Assembly (NCBI GenBank): GCA_046563655.1
Contig: CM102284.1
Coordinates: 8,928,001-8,992,000, forward strand
Source: Yuukianura sp. NJ FZ-2021
Lineage: Eukaryota
Length of the DNA stretch: 64,000 bases
Direction of reading: 5' to 3'
Shown piece by piece: positions 1 through 11,692 of this stretch (the first letter of the stretch is position 1; every line of letters starts with the position of its first letter). A model generated the notes under the pieces. The model saw only the letters and a program-made list of their open reading frames with translations, was not told where the DNA came from and searched no databases. The position numbers were made by a program, and so were the translations under genes.

Positions 1-713
1 ATCAAAAGAGGAAGTGTCCAGCATGGAACAGTGTCCAGTAGTTGTTCTACCGGTTCGTCAACACTTGGCAGTGGATCGGATACGAATCAGAGTCAGAATG
101 ACCTCCTGCCGGAACTCCGGAGACATCGTCACCTCATTTGAAACCTGCCTGAAATGCCCACCTCTTGGACAGTCCGGTCCTGTCCAACGTTTTTATGTAC
201 TACTTTGTCGTTTTTACTAGTTACTCGCACTTTCCCGCTCTTTACTTTAAGATTAACTTAACTTTTTTAGTACAAATCAATACTTAGCTTATAGCTGACG
301 AAAAAATCGTTTTTGAACAAAAGGTGATTAGATGTAAACCGTTTTTGAACAAAAAGTGGTTAGATTTAAAACGTTTTCATCAATGGACTAAAAGAGTTCC
401 TGAGCTGTTTGAAACTTTGCCTTAGCTTCAACGTCATTTGCTAAAATAAAACTCTTTTTTATTGCAAATACCCGGGGAATTTTTTCAAGGTCAAGGTGAT
501 TGACCTCTGTTCATGGTTATCTGAGACGAGACAAAGGAATCCACTGCGCAGTATCGTCACGCAGCCTTGCCGAGCTGAGATTATGTTCAAACAGCCATTG
601 CTTTTCAGTTGTCCTTTTCTGCTGAGTTTGCTGAAGTCTGTTCCTTTCCTTGTTCGTTTTCATCAATTAACGATTAATTAATCAAGTACATATTTAGATC
701 AGTTGGAGTAGAA

Positions 714-2732
714 ATGAAGCGAGGATTTGATAGAATTGATCCAGAAAGTGCGGGTTGCTCGGAACAAGCGAAAGACGATGGGATTGGACCTGGACCGGCC
801 AAACGGCCTGATCCGATTATTCGGGGGGCAAAGGCACCACAGTGTAACAAAGAAAAGACTTCGAGTGATCATGGAATTCGAATTCTCATTACAACCAGGG
901 TAAGTCAAAGTTAGTTGATGTCGATTTAAAACGTTAAACATTTAAATTTAAGTTGCAAGTAAACTAACAATAATTGTTTTCCTTTTCAATGTATTTTTCA
1001 TAGCCTGCTGGAAGGATCATTGGTTTTCGCGGAGAGGTGATTACTAAACTTCGAGCAAAGGTATTTTGTAGAAGAGTTACATTTTTATGTCGTTACATCA
1101 AAATTTTATGTAGGGTTACAAAAAAAACTACTTAACAACTTGGGACAGAAGTTGATTTAAGTTTCATGTTTTGAATATTTTTAGTATCCAACAGTCGCCA
1201 TTCGAGTCCCAGAGTCTGGAACGCCGGAGAGGTAAGGTGACCTTCACTTTTTAAATTCTGTCCAGTATTTATTAGTTTGTATGCCGTGCTAATTCTTGTT
1301 TATTCTTGACAATCTAGGGTCGTTGACCTCTGGTCCAAGTCAATGAACGGTGTGATCGAAATGTTCATAGAAGTTGTCCACATGCTTCATGAAGTAAGTG
1401 TTAAGATTTTCATTTAGTACATGGTACTACCTACAGTTTTACACAAAACTGTTAAATTAATTAAGTTTTACTATGATTTTTTGATTTTTTAAGGATTTAG
1501 GCGTCAAAGTGAAGCAGGAACTTGAAGGGAGCTTGGAAGTTCGGCTGCTCTGCAACAAAGATCAGCTTGTCACCATTAGCAAGCGCATGGAAAACAGCGA
1601 CAATGGACTAATGGAGTTGAGCAGGGTAGAGTTAATTAAAATTAACTTAATTAAAACTAATCACAATTAATGAATTGTCTTGTTTGTCTATTTTTTTAAC
1701 AGTCCAAAGGAGTTCAGCTGACGACTTTTCCAAAACTGGCTCCGAAAAGTACTGACCAAGTTGTGTCGTTGTTTGGTGCTCCGGACAGCATCATTGCGTT
1801 TGTCTTCTCCTACTTGAAACAAGTATCAGAAGTGAGTCACTCACTTTAAGTACTGTTACGATTTTCAAAAATCTTTTTTTTTTTGAAAAACAAGTTTTGA
1901 ATTTGTTTTTACTCGTTTTGATTAGCTCAAGCAAGTGCCTCCGGATGTCACCGAGGAGCAGGAGGAGGAGCAACCGTATGATCCTAAAAACTGGATCGGA
2001 AATCATTGTCACGAATACGGTGGGTATGACTGGACTCCACACGCCGTCCATGCAACTCTTTACCCTCCTCCGATGCCTCCACCTCCTCCTCCTCCTACTC
2101 CGGCACCGCAGAGTGGATGTCGCCGATGCGAAATGCCACCGAACCGTGATCGGAGACGATTCGTTCCACCACCTTCACGGTTTCAGTTCCGCTATATGCA
2201 TCCTCATCCGCCGCGTTTCAATGCATTTGCTCCTCCTCCTCCACCACCGCGGCCCCGCCAGCCCTTCAGTGCTCCGTTGCTGCCGACGCCACCACGACCA
2301 CCAAATCCCTGCGTCTTTGACTATGGACATGGCAGTGCCCCACCACTTCCGGTGGAGCCAGAAAAAGAATGCTTGACAACTGCCCAGTACTCAGTTCCTG
2401 AAGCGTACTGCCCAGCTATGTTCGGGTTTGAAGGAGAAACGCTTGATCACATTCGGGGAAGTTCGGGAGCCGAAATTTCAATTACAATTGGATGCGGAGA
2501 GTTTCTGGCAGAAGATGAACGGCTCATCACTATTCGTGGAACGCCGGCTCAAGTGGATGATGCAACGTACCAACTTCAGGAGATGTAAGAAACAACAACT
2601 TTCAAAATTTAAAAAAAAAATAAGATTTTCAAAAAATTTTGAAAACAAAAAGTTATAACATTCTTGTTTTCATATTTTAGTGCCTATGCTGAAAAACACG
2701 CCTATGAATGCTTTCCCCAAGTTGGAAAATGA
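714..2732 (+). CDS. Divergent hnRNP K-like KH-domain RNA-binding protein (about 8 exons)
   Basis: Spliced reading gives KH1 (GIRILITTR|PAGRIIGFRGEVITKLRAK), a degenerate KH2 (LEVRLLCNK...PKSTDQVVSLFG), the hnRNP K-like QPYDPKNW...EYGGY motif, a Pro/Arg-rich middle and KH3 (MFGFEGETLDHIRGSSGAEISI...ERLITIRGTPAQVDDATYQLQE). Introns are GT-AG; stop TGA at 2730-2732. Confidence 0.8.
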
Positions 2733-3032
2733 AATTCTGAAAATTGGAAGAGTCAACGTCCTCAAAAACAACCGCAGCAGTCAATACAAAATATGAATTG
2801 GGTATACAGAAGCTATAAATCAAGTTAATCAGTTAATCAATTAATCACAATTGATTAAGTACCGTAAGTTTTAGAAATGTCAATAAAGAAAAATTACACA
2901 CTTTACGCACTTTTGTTCTAAAAACGCAAAATGTGTCAAACTGGGTCACTGGAAGCTTATAAATGAAAATTTTCATTTCAAAATGTTTCAAATTCAATTT
3001 TTTGTTTTCAAAATTTAAAGTTTGTTTTAAAA

Positions 3033-4014
3033 ATGTCGTGTGCTATGACTATTTTAGTACTAATTTTCGTTTTAGTCTTTTGGTCAAGTAGGGTCAAAGG
3101 TCATGGAAGGTTGATGGAACCACCGAATCGCTCTTCTGTGTGGAGATTCAAGGAATTCGAGTCTCACAATCCCCCGGTTAACTACAACGACAACGAGGTT
3201 AACTTAATTAACTTCTAAATTTAACTTTAATTAACAAAATTGTTAACAATTAGTAATTGAATGAGTCTATTTTTAGTTATCCTGCGGTGGAGTTGCAAAC
3301 CAGTACATTAGGAATTCGGGTCAATGCGGTCCTTGCGGTAAATTTAACATTGCACTTTGGCATTTCATGACCTTTGACCTTTCATTCAATTCTAATTTTA
3401 AGTTTTCACTTCTTTTAAATAGTTTTAACTTTCAGTTTTAACTTTTTTTTTTAACAAATTTAACTTTTTTTTAACAATTTTAACTTTTTTACCTCTCAGG
3501 TGACCCCTTCGATTTTCCTATGCCGAGACCCAACGAAAATGGAGGAACCTATGGACGCGGAATCATCGTTCGAAAGTACTCGGCTGGTCAAGTAATACTG
3601 TTGGAATTTTGAAAATTTTGGTTTTGAAAATTTTGAAACCTTGAAATTTTGAAACTGTTTTCATTTTTTCTCCAGAAAATTCCAGTTGCGGTTGAGTTGA
3701 CCCGGAGTCACTTGGGCTACTTTGAGTTCCAGCTCTGTCCGCTCGTCACTCCGAAATCTGACGGTTCGGAGGCTTGTTTTGGTGAAAAGCTAGGATTAGC
3801 TGATGGTTCTGGCACAAAGTACTACGTGTCTACTCTAGCCACAGGATGGTTCAACATGACCTTGACCTTACCCCAGAGGTCATGTCCCCACTGCGTCCTT
3901 CGGTGGCACTACAGAACAGCCAACTCCTGGGGAAACTGTCGCAATGGAACGGAAGCCCTGGGATGTGGGGACCAAGAAGTGTTCCGAGGCTGCGCAGATA
4001 TTTCTATCACTTGA
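3033..4014 (+). CDS. AA15-type lytic polysaccharide monooxygenase, copy 1 (4 exons)
   Basis: Signal peptide followed by His1 (VKG|HGRLMEPPNRSS), then CGG...CGPCGD, ELTRSHLGYF (second His), CVLRWHY and GCGDQEVFRGCADI. TATAAA near 2958. Confidence 0.92.
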
Positions 4015-4307
4015 CAAGTATTTCGATGCTGCGCAAATATTTCTGAGGTCACACGAGTCATTCGAGGTCCCTCCTGACTCATTTTCTGCTAAAATTTGCA
4101 AAAAGTTGCAACAAAATTTGTGTCAAAGTGACAAATCTGGAATAAAATTGTCATTGAAAGAGCAAATGGAGGCTGTTGAGGAAGGTTTCACTCTTCCAGA
4201 ACATTTAGAGTGTGGTTGGTACTTAATACAAAGTATAAATTATGTAGTTAAGTTGATTCAGTAAGGTTAGTGATTAGGTTATGTCATAGTTTGCCAAAAT
4301 TTTCATA

Positions 4308-5311
4308 ATGTTTTACATAAAACCAATTTTTCTGTATTTGCTTACCATAATTTTTAGTTTTTTGACTATTTTGAAAAGTGCTGCAAGCCACGGAATGATG
4401 CTGGAGCCTCCTGGAAGGTCAAACTTTTAAAATTTCGAGAACTTTTTGAATTGTTGAAAATTTTAAAATTGGAGTTTTGAAAATTTTAAGAATTTTGCAG
4501 ATCTTCGTTGTGGAGGTTTAGAGAGTTTGCGAAGTACAATCCTGCTGAAAACTACAACGACAATCAACTGTTCTGCGGAGGGTTTGATAGACAGTTTAAC
4601 GTCAACGGTGGACGGTGTGGACCGTGCGGTAAGAACAAAATTTTGTTTGACCTTTGACCTTTTTTCAAAATTTTAAAATTTTGCACAAATCAAGAACTTA
4701 ATGAAACTGTAGGTGATCCATTCGACAGTCCTGTTCCGAGAGAAAATGAGAGTGGCGGAAAGTACGGCCGTGGAATTATTGTTAGAAGCTACAGAACGGG
4801 ACAAGTAAAAGCTTAGATTCGAAAAATGAAAATTTGAGATTTCAAAATTTTGAACTTTGAAACACTTTTTAGGTACTGGATGCCACAATTCAGTTAACTG
4901 CTAGTCACCGCGGCTATTTTCAGTTTCGGATTTGCAACTACTTGGACAAAAGTGTGCCTGAGAAGCAACCTTGCTTCAACCAAAACGTCCTTGACCTTTA
5001 CCCCAGTGGAACTGGCACCAAATTTCAAATTCCCACGGCCAGAGCAAGAACTCAGTTTTTCAATGTCTCACTTCAACTTCCGCCAAATCTCAAATGTGAA
5101 CACTGCATTCTGCAAGTATGTTTTACATAACTTACATAATACATCAACATAACTGTACATCATACATAACTTGACCTTTGACCTTTGACCGCTTCAGTGG
5201 CACTATCGCACGGGCAATTCCTGGGGAAACTGTGTCAACGGAAGTGGCAGTGGAGTAGGGTGTGGAAACCAGGAAGTGTTTCGCTCATGTGCTGACATTT
5301 CTATTACATAA
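4308..5311 (+). CDS. AA15-type LPMO, copy 2 (5 exons)
   Basis: ATG at 4308, MFYIKPIFLYLL...AAS|HGMMLEPPGRSSLWRF, QLFCGG, CGPCGD, LTASHRGYF, CILQWHYRTGNSWG, GCGNQEVFRSCADISIT then stop. All junctions are GT-AG and keep the frame. Confidence 0.92.
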
Positions 5312-5901
5312 AATCAATGTTTAATTTATATATTAATATATAATATTTAATTACATTTAAAACTAATTGTTATTATATAACAAATAAAAATATAAACAAA
5401 TTATTCCACAAAAACAACTTTCAAAAATTTCATGCTCATAAGGACAAGGAGTTTAGACGCCGTTTTGAAATTCCCGCCAAAAAAGTTTTACACGAAATTC
5501 AAAATAGCGTCAGGTATGCTTATCACCACAAACTTCAAATACCGAACAATTTAATTAGTTGTATTCTTTATTGTATTAAATTTTATTTTATATTATATTA
5601 TTTGTTATATTATGCTTAATTTTATTATGATTGGGTTCATTTCGAGCTGGAGGATAAGTTCTGTCCTTCTGTAAATTCCATGAGAAATGATTGGGCATAC
5701 CTTAAGTCCTTGGATGTTAGCAATGAAATGTAATTAATTATTAATTAGTTAACAAAAGTAATTAATTTCAGCATATTAATTATTATTCTAATGCTAATTT
5801 TAACCTCGATTCTCCGAAATCCAGGGATGGTCCAAATCCATTATAAATATGATCGTTTCCCTCCAATTTTTCCGAATTCTGAAATTACGAAGTTCGTGAA
5901 A

Positions 5902-6987
5902 ATGAAAAGTCAAGTTCGGCTAATCGCTGTACTGTTGGTGACTGTGATGCTGCTGCACTGCGCAGAAGTGGCGCTGGGTCACGGGCGGATGCTGGAGCCA
6001 CCCAATCGCAGCTCTCTCTGGCGACTACCGGAGTACAAAGATGTGGATCCCCCAGTTGAGGTCAACTATGACGATGACCAGTTGTACTGCGGAAGTTTAG
6101 GAAACATGGTCAATCATGGGGGAAAATGCGGAGTTTGTGGTACTCAACTTTTTCAAATTTCGAAAATTTCAAAATTAATTTCAAAGATTCTCAGTTTTCA
6201 AAAATCCATGAATGATTGACCTTCAGGTGACCCCTGGGAGATGAAGAGTCCGAGAGATAATGAAAATGGGGGATTATACGGTCAAGGGCTGGTGGTCCGA
6301 AGTTACAAAGTTGGTCAGGTACAATGCACGCACTAATTGTAATTAAATTAGTTAATTATTAACTAATGTCAATTGAATTAATTAAAGTTAATGTTAATTT
6401 TAAGTTAATGTTAATTAATATTGTTAGGTTATTGACGTTGCTGTTGAGTTAACCACTAACCACTGGGGCTACTTTGTCTGGAACCTGTGTGTTCTGCAAG
6501 ATCCGACCAAACCGGAACCGTACAACTGTTTCGATCGGAATCCGGTTCCGCTTGCCGACGGTTCCGGTTTTCGGTACAACTTGACCCATAAGAATCCAGG
6601 TTGGTTCAACACCACTCTTAAGTTACCGAGCAACATTCGGTGTGACCGCTGTGTCCTCCAGTGGCACTACAGGTATGTTAAGCTAACTTCAATTAACTTA
6701 ATTAACTTTAATTAACTTAGTTAACTTTAGTTACACTTAACACTTTTTGCCGGTACAGAGCCGGTAACAACTGGGAATTCTGTTCCGGAGACAAGGAAAG
6801 TGGATCGACGGACTGCGGCTACCAAGAAATCTTTCGCGGCTGCGCAGACATTGCCATTGGCTCCACCGTGCCCGTGACCTCTCGGCCCAAGTTGACCTCC
6901 ACGACATCTCCGCATGAACACGACGAGGCCACGCCCTCTCATTGGCCAACGATTCCACCAATGAGACCGCCGCCCAAACGACCTTGA
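5902..6987 (+). CDS. AA15-type LPMO, copy 3, with a short Thr/Pro-rich tail (4 exons)
   Basis: MKSQVRLIAVLL...ALG|HGRMLEPPNRSS, CGVCGD, LTTNHWGYF, CVLQWHYRAGNNW, DCGYQEIFRGCADIAI, then about 40 aa of low-complexity tail to TGA at 6985-6987. Confidence 0.9.
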
Positions 6988-7232
6988 CCTCTCCACACTA
7001 TTTTTGCATCGCTTCGACGCCATTTCATACAAATTCTTTTTCTTCGTTACTATTTTTATCAATATTTCTCAGTTTCATATTCAGCATATTTTCCACTGGC
7101 GGTTATCTCATACAAAGAATTTTAGTAAATTTTCAAAATATCGGGTTTTTAGAATATTTTATTTTTGAAAAAATTATGAAGTAAACTTAAAATTCAAAAC
7201 TTGAGTGCTAGAATAGAATAAGCTGTTTGACT

Positions 7233-7639
7233 TCACTTTGAAGCGACTCTCTTCGCAATGGCTCTCTTCGAGGGGGTCCTTTTTGAGGCAGCTCTCTTCA
7301 TGATTGCTCTCTTCTTGGCTTCAGCAGATTCCGGCACATATTCCTGTTCGTCCGATTCCTGAATGCATTCGCCCTTGTCACACTCGTCCTGCTCAGTTCC
7401 AACACATTCACACCAATTACAACCATCAAAGTAGAGAGTACCGGTCTTGCAATTGGCTAAAAACAAAAAAAGTGAAAGGTCAAAGGTCAAATTTTCCCGC
7501 CAAAAGCAAAGGTCAACTCACGTCTAGCCGGAATGAGTCTGAACCGGCTCGATTCTTCTCGTTTCCGAAATCCTTCGACGGAAACGACCAAGACAAGGCC
7601 AATCACGACAGCCAAAGAAATCAGCCCGATTTTGCCCAT
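7233..7639 (-). CDS. Secreted pacifastin-like six-Cys peptide precursor (2 exons)
   Basis: Signal peptide MGKIGLISLAVVIGLVLVVSVEG, an RKR site and an intron at about 7458-7521. Then C-X9-CNWCEC-V-G-X5-C-X4-C, close to the pacifastin spacing. TATAAA at about 7725-7730 on the minus strand. Confidence 0.65.
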
Positions 7640-8136
7640 TTGAACAACTTTTTTGAAACTTTTTGAAAAACTTTTTTGAAAATGGAATTTGAAAGTGATG
7701 CCGAAGTGGAGGATGTGCTGGGTGTTTATAAGGGGGAAGTTCATTATAAGTACGTAGTTTGAAACTCATGTGGTTTTCCTTGGCATTCAATTGAATTAAT
7801 TGTAGTTCTGTAACTAAATTGAGCGTAATTGGCAGTGGCGTAACTAGACATTGCCGCTGCTGAACCAGAAACGAACGTTACACTACACCACAAAAGCGGT
7901 GTAACGTTTAGAAGTGCATAAGGATATTTTTAGAATTTTGACAAAATGTCAAAAAAGCTACCAAGTTTATGAAATATGACATAAGAATGGGGTTGAATTC
8001 CATTTTTGACGCGTTTCTTTTCTTAAATGTTACGTCATTTTAACACGCTGCACTTCAAATTGACATTTTCAACGCTTGCTGCTTCTAATTCTTTTAAAGT
8101 TCTGTTGCTTCAAATTAAAATCCCAAATTTCTGTTG

Positions 8137-8340
8137 CTAAATCCTGTTGATTCAGAATTGTGTTGATTCTGAATTCTGTTGATTCAGAACTGTGTTGATT
8201 CTGTTTTCTGTTGATTCTGAATTCTGTTGATTCTGAATTCTGTTGATTCTGAATACTGTTGATTCTGAATTCTGTTGATTCTGAATTCTGTTGATTCTGA
8301 ATTCTGTTGATCCTGAATTCTGTTAATTCTAAATTCAACT
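8137..8340. repeat. 16-bp minisatellite (TTCTGTTGATTCTGAA)n, about 12 copies
   Basis: The tandem array is directly visible. It produces the spurious 16-aa periodic ORFs 8069-8338 and 8184-8480. Confidence 0.9.
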
Positions 8341-8879
8341 TTCTGATTTTTGTATTGTTTCGACGCCGTTTGAGACAAACTACGTTTTTTCGTTAGGATT
8401 TTTTTGAAAATTTTTAAATCAGACTGAAAATTTTCTCGACCGGGACTTATCTCATACAAAGAATTTGAGTAAATTTTCAAAATTTCAGTATTTCAAAATT
8501 TTTTGTTATTCAAAAAATTATGAAATGAACTTAAATTGTAAACCTAAGCGTCAAAATATTGTGTTTGAATTTCTTTAGCGACTCTGTGGGGGAATTCTGG
8601 ATTCTGCTCATTTTGAAGTACAAGTTACTTTTCTATTTACTTCCAATTTCTAAAGCAAAATTTCCTCTTATTAGTCCCACGGGCTTGGTTTTTTCCACTG
8701 CACTTTTGAACAAGTAATCTTAATTTTTTTTTTGAAAAAAAGAAAAGAAAAGAGTCATTTAAAATTAGAACCGCCGAAAGCGAAATTGAATTTTCCTTCG
8801 AATGGGCCAAAAAAAGTTATTTACTCTCAGAGTATCTAATTATTGAACATTTGAATTTTTGTTTAAAAATTTTTGGAAA

Positions 8880-9814
8880 ATGAATTCCTTACGACTTATT
8901 TTATTACCAAGTTGTTTGGTTTTGTTGTCCGTAGAGGTCAAAGGTCATGCGTCGCTTTACGAACCTCCAAATGTAAGAAACCGACCTTGAATTTGTCTTT
9001 TTTGTGAAATCTGTGAGTAGAAATTTTTAATTTGACTTTTTTTCAGCGTTCTTCAATTTGGCATTTTCCGGAATTCGAAGCGTACAATCCCGTGGTGAAT
9101 ACTGACGATACTGGCAACTACTGCGGAGGATTCGCAGTACATCACCATCAAAATGGCGGGAAATGTGGCCTATGCGGGGACAACTATGCCCAGAAGCCAC
9201 CACGCGACAACGAAAGTGGCGGCAAGTACGACATTGGACTCATCGTTCGAAATTATACTGCAGGAAGCGTGAGTTGATTAGTTGGAAAAGCTAGAAATTT
9301 TAAAGTTTTTTTGAAATTTTGAAAGAAATTTTGGAATTTGCGTGATTTCAGACTATGTTCACCTCCACGAAAATCTCGGCGAACCATTTGGGTTACTTTG
9401 AATTTTCACTGTGCCCGAGAAATTCAAGAACCGAACCGGAATCGGAGACTTGTTTTGAAAAATACCCGCTTCCGAAGACCGATGGATCGGGGTTCAGAAG
9501 TTACCCGATCCACATTGGGAATACAGTGGGCTACTTCAATGTCACGGTCAGACTTCCACCTAAGGTCACTTGCACTGCCTGTGTTCTCCGATGGCAGTAT
9601 GTCACTGGTACTAAGACACTCAATTCTATCCACTTTTTCGAAAAAGTACAGAATTTCGAAATTATGATTTTGAAAATTTATTTTTTTAGGAAATAGTTGG
9701 GGTACTTGTGGTTTCGAACAAGGATCGGATGGACCAGTGGAAGTTATGGGGCTTGGGTGTGGTCCGCAAGAAGAATTTCGCGGATGCGCAGACATTGCGA
9801 TTTTTCCAGAATGA
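8880..9814 (+). CDS. AA15-type LPMO, copy 4 (4 exons)
   Basis: MNSLRLILL...VKG|HASLYEPPN|RSSIW, NYCGG, CGLCGD, ISANHLGYF, CVLRWQYVTG|NSWG, GCGPQEEFRGCADIAIFPE then stop. Confidence 0.92.
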
Positions 9815-10015
9815 ACTTTGGAAGAAATTTCAAAATTTCGAATTTAAAAAAAAATTTAATATTCTCGATATGCTATCGATAGTTTAAAATTTTTTGTTTC
9901 AATTTTGTATTATTTATTAATAATAAATTAACTTTTCAAAGTAATATTTGTAAGTGCAAAGGTCAACTGAGGTCAACCTGTACAAAATTTGCATTCCAGC
10001 GATTGAAAACTTAAC

Positions 10016-10966
10016 TCAGAAGTGTCCAGCGTTGACATCGTCGATGATAATTTTGAAGCGACGCTTCGGTTCGACTTTTTTTTCACCAATTTGTACAGGT
10101 TCGTTCGGAAGTTCTTCGATGAAACTGCGACCTTGAGATTTGTCCAGTTCTGAAGGAAGCGTTTTGATTGGTCCACTGGTGACCTTGACCTCTTGCATGA
10201 CTTTGCCCTCCGACTTTGCCGATTTTGAAACAGAAGCACTGGAGTGTGTCGAAATCGCTGCGACTTTGTCGCTTTTTGAACAGCTTCCAACATTTTCGTC
10301 ACTTTTCGGCCCTTTTTCGGTCAAATTTTTGTCCGAATTGATTTCGGCCTTTGTTTTTGCCAGTTTTGTTCGTTCGATTCTTTCAGTTTCTTCTGCCTGC
10401 ATTTCGTCCATGTCCAGTTTCATGAGTTCCGTATCGACATCAAACTTACTCCACTTGTCATACTCCCAGGACTTGATTCGGTTCGGATTTGCCTGTTTCA
10501 GAAACGGTACTTGTCCGGTAGCCGGTTTCTCTTTTGGTGTATCTATTTTAGTAATTGTGCTGGATTGACGAATAGGTAAAGAAGCAGTGGAGGTCATCTC
10601 GTCGGGGTCAGTGACCTCTAGATTAGTATTTTGAATCCACTTGGACAAATCTGATTCCAGTTCGGTTTGTTCCTGCGTACCGAGCGATTCTTTTCGGACA
10701 ATCGGAACTGCCGAGCGGAGTAATCTGCTTGACGAATCCACTTCCGAGAGTCTCCGACACACAAATTGTTCCAGGTCGGGGTAAAATCCTTCTTCACCCG
10801 ACCGAAGTACGCGCAGTATTCTCTCAAGTCGTTTCGGATCGGAACAAGTTCGGACATACTTGTAGTCCAGTTGCTGTATCGGAATGTCGTATCGCTGCAG
10901 CAGCGTTTCACGCTTCCGACTCCGATCTCGGCTGTCACCCTCTCCACACTCCTTCATCATCATCAC
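10016..10966 (-). CDS. SPAG1-like protein (N-terminal domain only, no TPR repeats), single coding exon
   Basis: LLQRYDIPIQQLDYKYV...LERILRVLRSGEEGFYPDL and RIKSWEYDKWSKFDVDTEL resemble the SPAG1/RPAP3-family N-terminal motifs. A 5' UTR intron is likely at about 10968-11066. Confidence 0.7.
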   Translation of the reverse strand: MMMMKECGEGDSRDRSRKRETLLQRYDIPIQQLDYKYVRTCSDPKRLERILRVLRSGEEGFYPDLEQFVCRRLSEVDSSSRLLRSAVPIVRKESLGTQEQTELESDLSKWIQNTNLEVTDPDEMTSTASLPIRQSSTITKIDTPKEKPATGQVPFLKQANPNRIKSWEYDKWSKFDVDTELMKLDMDEMQAEETERIERTKLAKTKAEINSDKNLTEKGPKSDENVGSCSKSDKVAAISTHSSASVSKSAKSEGKVMQEVKVTSGPIKTLPSELDKSQGRSFIEELPNEPVQIGEKKVEPKRRFKIIIDDVNAGHF

Positions 10967-11293
10967 TGAAATAAACTACATACAAAAAAAAATATTTAGC
11001 AAATTTTGAAATTTTCAATTTTCATAGTTGTTGAAAATTTTGAACTTTGAAATTGTACTTTTAGTACCTGGGACTGTTTTGAAAATGTGTTTCAAGAAGG
11101 AATCTAAACTTTTTACAGTTAGTGTTAAAACTTCACAAATTCTGATTTAGTAAATCACGATTTTTAGAAGCAGCAGAAGTGTCGATACTTGAAACGGGAA
11201 CTGTTATTAAAAAAAAAACTTCAGGAGTAGGAGGTCCAACAAACCAACAAAAAAGCCTTTGTATTTATTGATTTTAACAACAAAACAAAATCT

Positions 11294-11307
11294 GTTGCCA
11301 TGGCGAC
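11294..11307. promoter_or_regulatory. RFX X-box upstream of the SPAG1-like gene
   Basis: GTTGCCATGGCGAC, one mismatch from the palindromic X-box GTTGCCATGGCAAC, about 330 bp upstream of the ATG. Confidence 0.65.
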
Positions 11308-11692
11308 GGTCAGATTCCAAAAAGACTTCTTTTTTTTTGAAATTTTGGATACTTCTATAAAATTAATAGAGAGGTAGCGGAGGTTTCCAAAAATTTATGT
11401 TTCTCAACTTCAAATGCTTCTATTTTGGAATTTCACATGAACGCCCCACCGAAACCCACCAAAACGTGGTCCCACCATTCGTGGCATCATTTGATTGCTA
11501 GCCACGTGGCGCCCGGAGCTCTTATTGTTTATTAATTAATAAACTTAATTAGGTTAGTAATGTTTTATTATTTTTTAGTTAGTTTTGAATTAGTACATTA
11601 AAGTTAAACGTGTTTGGTTAGTAGTAGAATTATTTCAGAAACAGATCAAGATCAAGAAACTGCAACTTTGGTTGAATTTGGTCCAAATCGGG

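Noticed and set aside
8069-8480. Repetitive ORFs (NSESTEFRINRIQNQQ)n
   Set aside because: They are translations of a 16-bp minisatellite, open in several frames, with no gene structure.
9873-9880. TATCGATA (DRE) site
   Set aside because: It lies between two convergent 3' ends, not in a promoter position.
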